Of a DNA stretch of 64,000 bases, positions 1 to 9,157 are shown one piece after another (position 1 is the stretch's first letter; the number at the start of each line of letters is the position of its first letter). The notes under the pieces were generated by a model. It was given only the letters and a program-made list of their open reading frames with translations. It was not told the origin of the DNA and ran no database searches. The DNA comes from Gammaproteobacteria bacterium (GTDB taxonomy: Bacteria > Pseudomonadota > Gammaproteobacteria > Eutrophobiales > Eutrophobiaceae). Location: contig OZ244905.1 in the NCBI GenBank assembly GCA_965221695.1, forward strand, positions 2,464,001 to 2,528,000, written 5' to 3'. A program made the position numbers and the translations under genes.

Positions 1-2155
1 CGTCACCGCTTGCGGAGTAACCGTTAATCAGCGCCGCTTCGCGGAACGCCGAGCCCGCTGATGCGCCGGCGTCCACTGACTGGATGAACTCATCAATTTC
101 AGTGTCGGTCCAGGCATAACCGATGCGCGCATCCCAGAAATCCGTCAGTTGCGCGGAAAGATCGAGTTCGATCCCGTTGACAGTGGCTTTACCAACGTTT
201 TCCAGGATGGAAAAGGTGCGCGGTTGGCCGTTGACCACGGCGGCCCGGGTGGAGGTGAGTTGCATGTCCTGCCAGTCAATGTGATACACCGCAGCATTGG
301 CGACCACGCGGTTGTCCATCCACGCGGATTTCATCCCGAGCTCGAAGTTCCAGGCGGTTTCCTCATCAACCTCCCTATCAGCCTCCGGGAGCCCTGCCTG
401 GTTGTTCAGGCTGCCTGGTTTATTGCCCTTGCCGATATTGGCGTAGACCAGCAACCTGTCGGTTGCCTTGTATTTCACTGAAACCTTGGGCAGAAAGGCG
501 TTGAACGAACCTTTAACGCTTTCATCTGCGCCGGCCGGGGTGATATCGAAATCGTCTTCGTTATAGCGGAACTCAAGGCCGATGCCCAGTTTTTCCGTGA
601 AGTCAAACTCCATAAAACCGAATACCGACCAGCTCTCGATTTCCTCCCGACCATCGTCCCTGGCCGGCGCGCCTTCATAAAACGCGCTGGTTGAAATGAC
701 CGCGGGCGCAAAAGTCGGGTTGAAAGGAGCAAACAACCGGGTGCCATCGATATAAGTTGACGTAGTGGTGTCGAAAGAAGTGATCAGATCTTCTTTCATG
801 TCCGATTCGTAATAGTAGAATCCCAGCATATAGCGCAGCGCCTCGCCGGCGTCATAACTTAGGCGGATTTCCTGGGAAAAATCATCGAAATTATCATTTT
901 CGGCGGTCAGGAACCCGACCCTTGAGAAGATACGCGGCGCCGCGGAGAACGGTTGTACCGTGAACGGCAGACCAACGCCGACGACCGGCATCCTGGTATC
1001 GCCGCCACCGAAAGTCTGGTCCTGCGCGGCATTTATTTCCACATCGCTATAGCCTGTTACCGACGTGACCGTCATCGCCTCTGTCAGGTCAAACTCGGCC
1101 TTCAGTCCCAGCCGCAAGCTGTCCCGCTCGGTGCCCATATCATCGAAGAAGCTGGTTTCGATCATTGTGTCGCCGTTATTGGCCGCCAGCACATCATCCA
1201 CATCCATGCGCCCGCAATAATAGCCGCTACCGTTGTAACCGGCTGAATTCACCGTGTTCGCGCTGGCCTCGGGTGTGCCCGCGGGCGGGAGGGGTTGGGC
1301 AAGCGGTCCGCCCCGGGTGACCTGGTAGCAATTGTTCGCGCTGGATGACTGCACGGCAATCGCGTAGTGGTCGTCTTCGGTCTCCTCGTACATGATGTGG
1401 GCTTGCAGGTTTACCCTGTCATTGGGGCTAAGGGTCAGGACTGCGGTGATACTGCTTGTCTCTTCGCCGCCTACATCGTCGCTAATGGCCGGGGTGCCCA
1501 GCGGGTTGCCCGGAAAGTGGTTATCGTATTCGCCGTCGCGCTCGTAGTGACTCAGGGTAATCGCGAAACCCGCGGAGTCCCCCAATGGGCCGCTGCCGTG
1601 TATCTCAGCCCGAAAATGATCGCGCTCTCCATACTCTGCAGTGACCTCACCCTCAAACTCATCGCCGGGTTTTTTTAACACATAATTAACTGCGCCGGCC
1701 AGGGTGGAGCGGCCATACAATGCGCTTTGCGGGCCTTTCACCACTTCCACCCGCTCCAGGGCAGCCAAGGGAACGCTGGCGTTGCCTTCCTCAACGATGA
1801 TGCCGTCGATGAAAAGGCCGGCATTGGCGCGGCCAAGAATATTGGCCTGGCCTCTTATGACCGGACGAAAATCGTTCCTGCCGAAGGCCTGGGCGAAGTC
1901 GAAGCCCGGCGTGTAATCAGCAATATCCTGCAAGGAAGTGATACCCCGCTCTTCCAGCGCCGCTTCCGTAAACGCGTTCACCGTCAGGGGAATATCCTGC
2001 AGGTTTTCCTCGCGCTTTCTAGCTGTGACGATAATCTCTTCTATGGAGTCCTGGGCGAACGTAGTCAATGGAACTAATGAGGTCAACGTGAATACGATGG
2101 CCAGCGCCAGACCACCCGAACGGATCCAACAACGATGTAAATGATGCGTGAACAT
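1..2155 (-). CDS. TonB-dependent receptor (3' end runs off window)
   Basis: Absent from the ORF track because there is no stop in the window. Manual translation from ATG 2155 gives MFTHHLHRCWIRSGGLALAIVFTLTSLVPLTTFAQDSIEEIIVTARKREENLQDIP: signal peptide plus TonB-box/plug start. Later VEVVKGPQSALYGR. Confidence 0.92.
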   Translation of the reverse strand, partial: MFTHHLHRCWIRSGGLALAIVFTLTSLVPLTTFAQDSIEEIIVTARKREENLQDIPLTVNAFTEAALEERGITSLQDIADYTPGFDFAQAFGRNDFRPVIRGQANILGRANAGLFIDGIIVEEGNASVPLAALERVEVVKGPQSALYGRSTLAGAVNYVLKKPGDEFEGEVTAEYGERDHFRAEIHGSGPLGDSAGFAITLSHYERDGEYDNHFPGNPLGTPAISDDVGGEETSSITAVLTLSPNDRVNLQAHIMYEETEDDHYAIAVQSSSANNCYQVTRGGPLAQPLPPAGTPEASANTVNSAGYNGSGYYCGRMDVDDVLAANNGDTMIETSFFDDMGTERDSLRLGLKAEFDLTEAMTVTSVTGYSDVEINAAQDQTFGGGDTRMPVVGVGLPFTVQPFSAAPRIFSRVGFLTAENDNFDDFSQEIRLSYDAGEALRYMLGFYYYESDMKEDLITSFDTTTSTYIDGTRLFAPFNPTFAPAVISTSAFYEGAPARDDGREEIESWSVFGFMEFDFTEKLGIGLEFRYNEDDFDITPAGADESVKGSFNAFLPKVSVKYKATDRLLVYANIGKGNKPGSLNNQAGLPEADREVDEETAWNFELGMKSAWMDNRVVANAAVYHIDWQDMQLTSTRAAVVNGQPRTFSILENVGKATVNGIELDLSAQLTDFWDARIGYAWTDTEIDEFIQSVDAGASAGSAFREAALINGYSASGD

Positions 2156-2220
2156 AATAACTGCCCCCTGCCTGATCTCAAGGTGTATGAGAATGTTTGC
2201 CTGTTGTTGCAATTGTAAGA

Positions 2221-2240
2221 ATGTTATATCTTTATATCAT
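2221..2240. promoter_or_regulatory. Palindromic operator-like site ATGTTATA-TCTT-TATATCAT
   Basis: Matches ATGWTATA-N4-TATAWCAT, ~65 bp upstream of the TBDR start; the motif recurs at 33976 and 37547. Confidence 0.65.
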
Positions 2241-2324
2241 TTAAGACGATGTGTCAACCAATGTCAACATTAATTTTACAATATGCGTTGGTATGATAGG
2301 GAGCATCCGTGAACATCGCCGCCT

Positions 2325-2384
2325 TATCACTCCCGCAACAGCGGGAGTCCGTCAAATACTGTGTCGCCTGGAAGGCGACTCTTT
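2325..2384. repeat. Partial REP-like repeat (family A)
   Basis: CACTCCCGcaacaGCGGGAGTCC...tactgtgtcgcc, similar to the copy at 10833. Confidence 0.75.
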
Positions 2385-2416
2385 AAGTATGCGTTTGCGT
2401 TGACTGGCATGAGAGG

Positions 2417-3838
2417 TCAAGACAGACGTTCAATCACTTCCTGTGCCCCTCGGTCGCCGGATTTGACGGCTGCTTCCATGCCGGATGCGGAAGGTTCGGT
2501 GTGGGCGCCGATGAAATGCAAGCGGCCCTCGGGCCGGCTGACGGCCTGGCTGAACTGCCCGACCCCACCCGCTAGGTAGTGGGAAAACGCGCCGTAGGCG
2601 AAAGGGTTTTTCCCCCAGGCGATGACCCGTTCCACTTCAAGTTGCGATTTGGTAGCGGGCCTGGCATGTGCCAGCAACGCGATGACATGTTGGCCGAGTT
2701 CGCTGTCCGGCATGCTCTCAAGGCGAGCAGCCGCTGCGCCCTGGATCCAGGCGCGTAAACGTATCACTTCGCCCTGTTCATTGGTCTGTGTGAAAATCCT
2801 GCCCATATCGGTATCGGTCCACATATTCGGGCTGAAGCCATCGGCAAGCCAGAACGGACTTTTCGGTTTCAGCAGCACATGGGTCACAGGGGTATATCCC
2901 ATACGCGTGATCGCCTGTTGCTTGGGACGGGATATGGGCGCCTGGATGTCCAGCCGCCGCAACACGCTGAACGGCAGGGCAAGCAGGCACAACCGGCAAG
3001 TGTAGCTGTCGGAATCGGCGGTGTGCAGCCGTACCCCTGTGCCGGTGGTAGAAATACCCGTTACCTGCTTGCCTGTCTCCACAAAAGCCCTGATTGAGGC
3101 ATGCATGGCATCGGGCAATCGTTGCGTGCCGCCGCTGACATCCTCCGGCGCGCCGGCGCCCTGCAGTATCGCGAGCTTGCGCAGCAGGTCCAGCGCCGAC
3201 AGCGTCTCGATGCTCTCGCCGTTCAGGTTGGCATCGACCAGTCTCAGCGCTTCTTCATCGGCGCCCATTTGTTGCAGGTAAGCTTGCAACGGGATGTCCA
3301 TCACGCTGTTTTCGGATTTCCACCAGTCCAACGGGTCGGCCAGGAAGCGGCCGTTGCGCAGCAGCCTGGGCAACAACCCGTATGGCGGCGTGTCTTTCAG
3401 GCTTTCCGGCAACAGGTTACCCGGGCTGTCACCCCATGTCTCAACGGCGCTGAGATGACCGTTCACCAGCAGCGTCATCCCCGGCGCGCCGGCGCTGATG
3501 GAGGTGGTCGTTATCTTCAACTCATCCAGCGCCCGGTTAAGCGCCTGGTAATTGGTCCCGATGCGGGCGCCGCCAGCTTCCGGCCGGCCGGGCAGGTCAT
3601 CGAGCGTATGGACCCGTCCGCCAATCCGTTGCGACCCCTCCAACAACAAAAAATCCACGCCTTGCTGTTGTAATAGTCGTCCCGCCTGTAATCCGGCAAG
3701 TCCGCCGCCGATAACAATAACGTCAAAATGTTTACGCGCAGCGAAAGCAGGTCGGCACAGACTGGAAAATGCAGCCGCCGCGCTCACCCGGAGCAGTTTG
3801 CGGCGGGTGATATCGGTTGAGGTTAGCAGGCGTTGCAT
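2417..3838 (-). CDS. Tat-exported flavin monoamine/amino-acid oxidase family protein
   Basis: TRRKLL Tat motif and PAFA cleavage site; VIVIGGGLAGL FAD motif; RIGGR; C-terminal GRLHFIGAHT..GMEAAVKSG. Start re-called at MQRLL. Confidence 0.88.
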   Translation of the reverse strand: MQRLLTSTDITRRKLLRVSAAAAFSSLCRPAFAARKHFDVIVIGGGLAGLQAGRLLQQQGVDFLLLEGSQRIGGRVHTLDDLPGRPEAGGARIGTNYQALNRALDELKITTTSISAGAPGMTLLVNGHLSAVETWGDSPGNLLPESLKDTPPYGLLPRLLRNGRFLADPLDWWKSENSVMDIPLQAYLQQMGADEEALRLVDANLNGESIETLSALDLLRKLAILQGAGAPEDVSGGTQRLPDAMHASIRAFVETGKQVTGISTTGTGVRLHTADSDSYTCRLCLLALPFSVLRRLDIQAPISRPKQQAITRMGYTPVTHVLLKPKSPFWLADGFSPNMWTDTDMGRIFTQTNEQGEVIRLRAWIQGAAAARLESMPDSELGQHVIALLAHARPATKSQLEVERVIAWGKNPFAYGAFSHYLAGGVGQFSQAVSRPEGRLHFIGAHTEPSASGMEAAVKSGDRGAQEVIERLS

Positions 3839-4015
3839 TTCAATGTGCCTTCGAGCGGAATCCGGGGCAGTCAATTTGTCATGTTTCAGTCTTCTTGCGC
3901 AGTGCAACCGCCAGCCCGCCAGTCTGACGCGGGTGAGACGCCCGCGCCCCCAGGGAAGCGGTGAAACACATAATATGCGTTTGTCATGTCTTCTTACCAG
4001 AGAAAACAGCCGTTG

Positions 4016-5146
4016 CTAATTGTTGATCCTCACCAGTTCGAATTCTGTTGTTGGAGGGTTCTCAATCTGCGGCTGATCCAGGATCTGCCAGCTTACGCCG
4101 TCCGGACCGGTAAACAGGAACGAGCGTTCCGAAAACTCGTTCTGCATGATGCTTGATGGTTGCAAACCCTGTTCGCGGGCAAGTTCATGCACATATTCCA
4201 GCGCCGGTGTATACAAGCTGTGCAGGGTTATGCCCAGTTCCCCGACACGCTGGTGACGGCTGCGGTCACGCACATGCTCAGGGTCCCGCGCACTGATGAA
4301 TTTCAGCTTGCCGCAGATATTGTTCGGTGAGACAAAGCCCCGGTACCAATGGCTTTCTCCGGGTTCCATAAGAAATACCTGGCCCGGCCCTTTTTGCCAG
4401 TCGCCGTCGATCACAGGTTCATTTTCCGCCAGAAAACCAAGCACGGACATATAGTATTCTGTCACCTCCTCCAGGTCTCCGTTGACGATAAAATCATGGT
4501 GGGTGAATTCGCTGGTCTGCAATGGCGCCGCCTCGTTGACAGTGCCGTAGCCGGGGATCGTGTAACCGTAACGTTGAAAGAATACGTGATTAAACAGCCG
4601 CCCGTACACGGCATTTTCGCGCACGCCGGCACGCCTGTCCTTGATGGATCGCTTGCCGGTATCCAGACCGTACAAGTCGTCGAAAACCGGCTCCGTGCTC
4701 AACCATGGCTCGCCGGCCTTGTTGCGTAAATCGAGAAACGTGTCATGCACGCGATGGATATCGCGGGTGCGCATCACCGCCATGCGCTGGCCCACGGTCT
4801 CCGGCGGCGCATAGCCGACTCCCGCGCCCAGAGGTTGTTCCCATTCCAGTATGCGCAGCAGCCCATGACTGTCAATCGCGCCATTCTGCATACGGATTGA
4901 ACGCAACCCGGAATTCACCCCGTACAATTTCTGCGCGCTTGCGCCGTCTATGCTGGCCTCATTTTTTACGCTGAAACCGAACTCGGTAAAGTACTCGACC
5001 AGTTGCTCGGCGTCATCGGTTCCGACCATGACCTCGTATACGCCGCTGATCCCTGTCTCAGGCAACTCTCTGTCAATGGCGAATGCCTGGGTTTGCAGCG
5101 CCGCCGGTAACAACGCCAGCAATACTGTAATAACAGTCTTGTTCAC
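4016..5146 (-). CDS. Secreted VOC/glyoxalase-superfamily protein
   Basis: Signal peptide ending AFA; VOC-like repeats (YFTEFGF, YYMSVLGF, FTGPDGVSWQIL). Confidence 0.65.
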   Translation of the reverse strand: MNKTVITVLLALLPAALQTQAFAIDRELPETGISGVYEVMVGTDDAEQLVEYFTEFGFSVKNEASIDGASAQKLYGVNSGLRSIRMQNGAIDSHGLLRILEWEQPLGAGVGYAPPETVGQRMAVMRTRDIHRVHDTFLDLRNKAGEPWLSTEPVFDDLYGLDTGKRSIKDRRAGVRENAVYGRLFNHVFFQRYGYTIPGYGTVNEAAPLQTSEFTHHDFIVNGDLEEVTEYYMSVLGFLAENEPVIDGDWQKGPGQVFLMEPGESHWYRGFVSPNNICGKLKFISARDPEHVRDRSRHQRVGELGITLHSLYTPALEYVHELAREQGLQPSSIMQNEFSERSFLFTGPDGVSWQILDQPQIENPPTTEFELVRINN

Positions 5147-5192
5147 AATCAGAAACCTATAGCTGTGATATCAGTAATTCACTCAAAGCCGC

Positions 5193-6539
5193 TCAATCTC
5201 CTGCGCGCAGCATATCCGCGCAGGCGCCGGCATACAGTCGCAGGGTTACCGGAACCAGCAACAGCACCGGTACGCCGTAGATGAACGGCAGCAGCGCCAT
5301 GGAATATTTCAAGCCCAGTTCGCCAAAGACCTGGTCGTTGAGGATCCCTATGGTGGTCGGCCCGAGCAGCAATCCGGCCAGGCTGATGGCCATGTAATAA
5401 AACGCAACCACCTGGGCGCGGATCTCGCCGGGGGTCATGTTCAGCAATGCAGTCACGCCGGTTGCGGTAGTCATGGCCAGGCCCACTGCATTGATGCCGA
5501 ACATCAGCATGGCCATGCCGCCTGTCGGCATTAACGGCGCGATAACCCCGGTAATCACCATGATGAATGCGCCGATGATGGCAATGCGTAACGCGGCGTC
5601 GGTCACCCCGGCGGCATACCAGCGGTCACAAAGCCAGCCGGCCAGGTTCACTGTTGCCGGGCCCACGGCCAGCAGCACGATGCCGTTTACCAGTGCGAAC
5701 TGTGACGCTTCCCAACCCCAGGTGCGCATGAACAGGGCCGCGCTCCACCCCTGGCTGTAAGCGACGGTAGTCATCAGACAGAAGATGGTCAGGAAGCTGG
5801 CAAAGGCCTTCCATCTTTGCAGCACGAACTTCAAGGTATCGATTAATGACGCATTGCCCAGGCCCGCGGTCATGCCCCGTTCCTGCCGCTTTGGCTCCCG
5901 CAATACAAAAAACAGCAATGCCAGCGCAAACCCCGGCAATCCCACGGCAATGAATGCAAATTGCCAGGGCGCAACCGTTCCAATCCACGGCAGGTTGGTT
6001 TCAGGGGAGGACTTGGCCCAGACCAGTACCGTCGCGCTGAACAGTGACGCAATGGCTGCGCCGATGGATATGGCCATGCTGTAAAATGCGATAGGCTTGG
6101 CCCGGCGCTCCTTGGGAAAGCTGTCGGAAATCATGGAGATGGCGCACGGGCTCAGGGTCGCCTCGCCGATGCCTACGCTCATGCGGGCTATGAACATCTG
6201 GAAGAAATTCTTTACCAGGCCGGAGGCGACGGTCGCCGCGGACCAGACCGTGATGCCCACCGCCACGATCCAGCCGCGCCGGTAGCGGTCCGCGAGCCAG
6301 CCCAGGGGCAGTCCCATGGTGGCATAGAATATCGCAAACGCGGGTCCCAGCAACAGGCCAAGTTGCGTGTCCGAGAAGCCGAGATCAGCTTTAATCGGCT
6401 CCACCAGCAGCCCCAGCATGAACCGGTCTATGAAGGAACAAACATAGGCAATAGTCAGCAGTATTACCATATACCAGGCATAACGGGCGCTGGGATAGGC
6501 GCTATGGGTTTGTTGTTCTGATTTTGTGGAATTATTCAT
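5193..6539 (-). CDS. MFS transporter (spinster-like)
   Basis: ~12 TM segments; SFIDR, GWLADRYRR motif A, ARMSVGIGEA. Confidence 0.92.
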   Translation of the reverse strand: MNNSTKSEQQTHSAYPSARYAWYMVILLTIAYVCSFIDRFMLGLLVEPIKADLGFSDTQLGLLLGPAFAIFYATMGLPLGWLADRYRRGWIVAVGITVWSAATVASGLVKNFFQMFIARMSVGIGEATLSPCAISMISDSFPKERRAKPIAFYSMAISIGAAIASLFSATVLVWAKSSPETNLPWIGTVAPWQFAFIAVGLPGFALALLFFVLREPKRQERGMTAGLGNASLIDTLKFVLQRWKAFASFLTIFCLMTTVAYSQGWSAALFMRTWGWEASQFALVNGIVLLAVGPATVNLAGWLCDRWYAAGVTDAALRIAIIGAFIMVITGVIAPLMPTGGMAMLMFGINAVGLAMTTATGVTALLNMTPGEIRAQVVAFYYMAISLAGLLLGPTTIGILNDQVFGELGLKYSMALLPFIYGVPVLLLVPVTLRLYAGACADMLRAGD

Positions 6540-7515
6540 CGATTCGTGTCAGTCCGGCCTGGAACCAGCGCACATTCAGACCCACTCGATGTGAATCCGG
6601 ATCAGTCCAGGAATAAGAGAGTGTGTAGCCGGTACTGTCTTCGATGATTCCGATTTTCAGAACCGGTATTTGGGTTTGCTGGTAGGTCAGGGTCTCCAAC
6701 GACAAGGTATAGCCGGTATTATTGCCGCTTTCATCCAGCAGGGGTATTTTCTGGCCTTCGTTATGCATCCTTCCGATCTTCGTGAAGACCCAGTCTGACA
6801 GGTCGGCGCCGGCATCGACCTTGTGTTTTTTTACCGCCATCCAGCCCCGGTAGAATTTCACTTTCCTGTTTTTATGCGGCACATCATGACCGAATATGCG
6901 GTTGCCGCCGGCATCATGGGCCTGGTCCTGAATCCATATCCACGAGTCGGTCAGGCGCAAGGTATCGTTGATATATATTCTTTTGCCCGTTTGTCTTGAG
7001 ATAATCGAACAAGCGTCCTGTTTCATGTAGCCGTCATAATATTCGCCATTCCATTTCCAGAACACCTCGCAACCGGGCAGGGTCTTCAATTCATCCAGGT
7101 CCAAGTCTTCAAGTATCGCTGGTTGCTGGTCGGCCAGCCGGTACTTCAGTTCGTCGGCGAATGAATAGATGGTCAACAGAATGGCGTTTTCCTGATCATC
7201 AATGGAAAACCGGTAGAGCCGCTGCCGGTAGACCTTGTCGTAGTCGCCGTCAATGTACTGCTTGACAAAAAATACGTTGTCGCCCAGCGCGGGAACACGG
7301 GCCGGCTTGAAGATGTGATGGATATGCTCGAGGATATCCTGCTCATTGTCTTGTTTCTGTTGCCAGACCTGTTCGTAGTTATCGAATTCCCCCTCGAACC
7401 AGTCAAGAAATCGGGCAAAGTCTGCTTCGGTTGCGGCGCTGCATAAGGGTGCGCTTAACCAGGCAAACGTGAGCGCGAATACCAGAAATACAGATCGGCT
7501 CACCGGCTTAACCAC
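6532..7515 (-). CDS. Secreted CpcT/CpeT chromophore-lyase-like protein with extra C-terminal domain
   Basis: Signal peptide; WFEGEFDNYEQ, HIHHIF, YRQRLYRF and LPGCEVFW resemble CpcT/CpeT motifs (GxFxNxxQ, YRxR, LPGC). Confidence 0.72.
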   Translation of the reverse strand: MVKPVSRSVFLVFALTFAWLSAPLCSAATEADFARFLDWFEGEFDNYEQVWQQKQDNEQDILEHIHHIFKPARVPALGDNVFFVKQYIDGDYDKVYRQRLYRFSIDDQENAILLTIYSFADELKYRLADQQPAILEDLDLDELKTLPGCEVFWKWNGEYYDGYMKQDACSIISRQTGKRIYINDTLRLTDSWIWIQDQAHDAGGNRIFGHDVPHKNRKVKFYRGWMAVKKHKVDAGADLSDWVFTKIGRMHNEGQKIPLLDESGNNTGYTLSLETLTYQQTQIPVLKIGIIEDSTGYTLSYSWTDPDSHRVGLNVRWFQAGLTRIDE

Positions 7516-7988
7516 TGATTCGCCTCAATAAAATAACCATTCGGGTCAAAAAAGCTCATGCACAGCAGCTTGAATACGCCACCGTCGGGCTTGGGATATT
7601 CGGACACATGGGGTTCGCTTTTTATGTGCACCCCGGGAACATCCAGCAACTCGCGATGCGCTTGCTCAGCGTCAGCAACACTCATCACGAATACGGTATC
7701 ACCGACACCCAGTCTTTTTGGATACTCGCCCCTTTCCGGCAATGGCGGGTCCAGGTATTGCAGTATGCCGAGCATGCCGATGTAGGGATCGTTTGCCTTG
7801 AGGATGACCAGGCGCGCCTTTGAACCCGGCTCGCCGGCCGGCAAACCGAGACCGGAAATAACCAGTTCATTATCGTAGTAGGTTTCCAGGCCAAGAATAT
7901 CACGATAGATTTTCAGCGGCGTTTCAATCTCGTTCACCAGCATCGTGGCGCGGCGAAAATCGGTGGGTACTTTACTCATCGCAGGCAT
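7500..7988 (-). CDS. VOC family protein
   Basis: IYRDILGLE and FFDPNGYFIEAN glyoxalase motifs. Confidence 0.85.
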   Translation of the reverse strand: MPAMSKVPTDFRRATMLVNEIETPLKIYRDILGLETYYDNELVISGLGLPAGEPGSKARLVILKANDPYIGMLGILQYLDPPLPERGEYPKRLGVGDTVFVMSVADAEQAHRELLDVPGVHIKSEPHVSEYPKPDGGVFKLLCMSFFDPNGYFIEANQWLSR

Positions 7989-8012
7989 CCTCCTCGGATA
8001 ACGTGTGAAGTT

Positions 8013-9008
8013 TCACTCAGCGACCTTAACGATGGCCTTGCCGAAGTTTTCTCCCCGCATCAGGCGGCAAAACAGCGCGGGCGCGTGCGCAAGTCCTTGC
8101 ACGCAGTCTTCCCTGTAGCAGAGCTCTCCCTGTTTCAGCCACTGGCTGACCTGCCGCTCGAACTCGGGGCGCAGGTCTTCATGATCATAGACAACCAGGC
8201 CGCGCACAGTGGCCCTGGCCTTGATGATGAAGCCCGGATTGGGTCCGGGAGGCAACTCGTCCGTGTTGTACTGCGCGATCAACCCGCACAGGATAACCCT
8301 GGCGCCCAACGCCAGTTGTTCCATACAGGCTTGCAACAGGTCGCCACCCACGTTATCGAAATAGACATCAATACCGTCGGGACAGGCGCGCCTGAGACTG
8401 TCTCTGAGCGTTTCCGTTTTGTAATTGATACAGTGATCGAAGCCGGCTTGCGCTACCGTCCAGCGGCATTTTTCCTCGGAACCGGCAATACCGACCACGC
8501 GGCAACCCTGGCGCTTGGCGATCTGTCCGACCATTGACCCGACCGGGCCGGACGCGGCTGAGACAACCACCGTGTCTTGTGCTCTCAAATCGGCGAGCCG
8601 GGTCATCCCGGCATAGGCAGTCAGGCCCGGCATCCCCAGGATGCCGAGCAGGGTGGATAGTGGTCCGAGTTCCGGGTTTACCGGCCGCGCTGCGTCTTCC
8701 CCGACAACCGGGTGGCTTTGCCAGCCGCTGTGAGCAGCGACGATATCGCCCTGTTTGAACCGGTCCGAGTTCGATTCCAGAACCCTGCTGATGGCTTCTC
8801 CGGCCATCAGGTCACCCACGTTGATCGCGCCGGAAATATGCCGGCCGCTGATCTTTCCGCGCAGGTACGGGTCCAATGACAGGCATAAAGTCTCACATAA
8901 CAACTCCTGCGCATCGGGCTTACGTAACGCTGAGTTGACCAGTTCGAAATCCTGCTCTTTGGGCAATCCCTCGGTTCTTTGTTTCAGTAAAACCCGTGTA
9001 TTATTCAT
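8013..9008 (-). CDS. NADP-dependent oxidoreductase (PTGR/CurA-type alkene reductase)
   Basis: LSLDPYLRG, LGMPGLTAYAG, VSAASGPVGS, GIDVYFDNVGG, GENFGK. Confidence 0.92.
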   Translation of the reverse strand: MNNTRVLLKQRTEGLPKEQDFELVNSALRKPDAQELLCETLCLSLDPYLRGKISGRHISGAINVGDLMAGEAISRVLESNSDRFKQGDIVAAHSGWQSHPVVGEDAARPVNPELGPLSTLLGILGMPGLTAYAGMTRLADLRAQDTVVVSAASGPVGSMVGQIAKRQGCRVVGIAGSEEKCRWTVAQAGFDHCINYKTETLRDSLRRACPDGIDVYFDNVGGDLLQACMEQLALGARVILCGLIAQYNTDELPPGPNPGFIIKARATVRGLVVYDHEDLRPEFERQVSQWLKQGELCYREDCVQGLAHAPALFCRLMRGENFGKAIVKVAE

Positions 9009-9128
9009 GATATGACAACCATGTTTTTTTCGGGCCAGCGTTCAAGAGACCCTGACCAGGGCAAATGCATATTGTGTGCTTAACCGCTTCCCCGACCTGC
9101 ATTAAATCAGAGATCGTTTCTTTCTACA

Positions 9129-9156
9129 ATGATATAATGTTATAAGTATAATACAA
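9129..9156. promoter_or_regulatory. Degenerate or overlapping operator-like sites in a divergent promoter
   Basis: ATGATATA-ATGT-TATAAGTA and ATGTTATA-AGTA-TAATACAA; left half-sites match the consensus perfectly. Confidence 0.5.
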
Positions 9157-9157
9157 C

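Noticed and set aside
149-2144. Plus-strand ORFs in the ORF track
   Set aside because: Shadows of the minus-strand TBDR.
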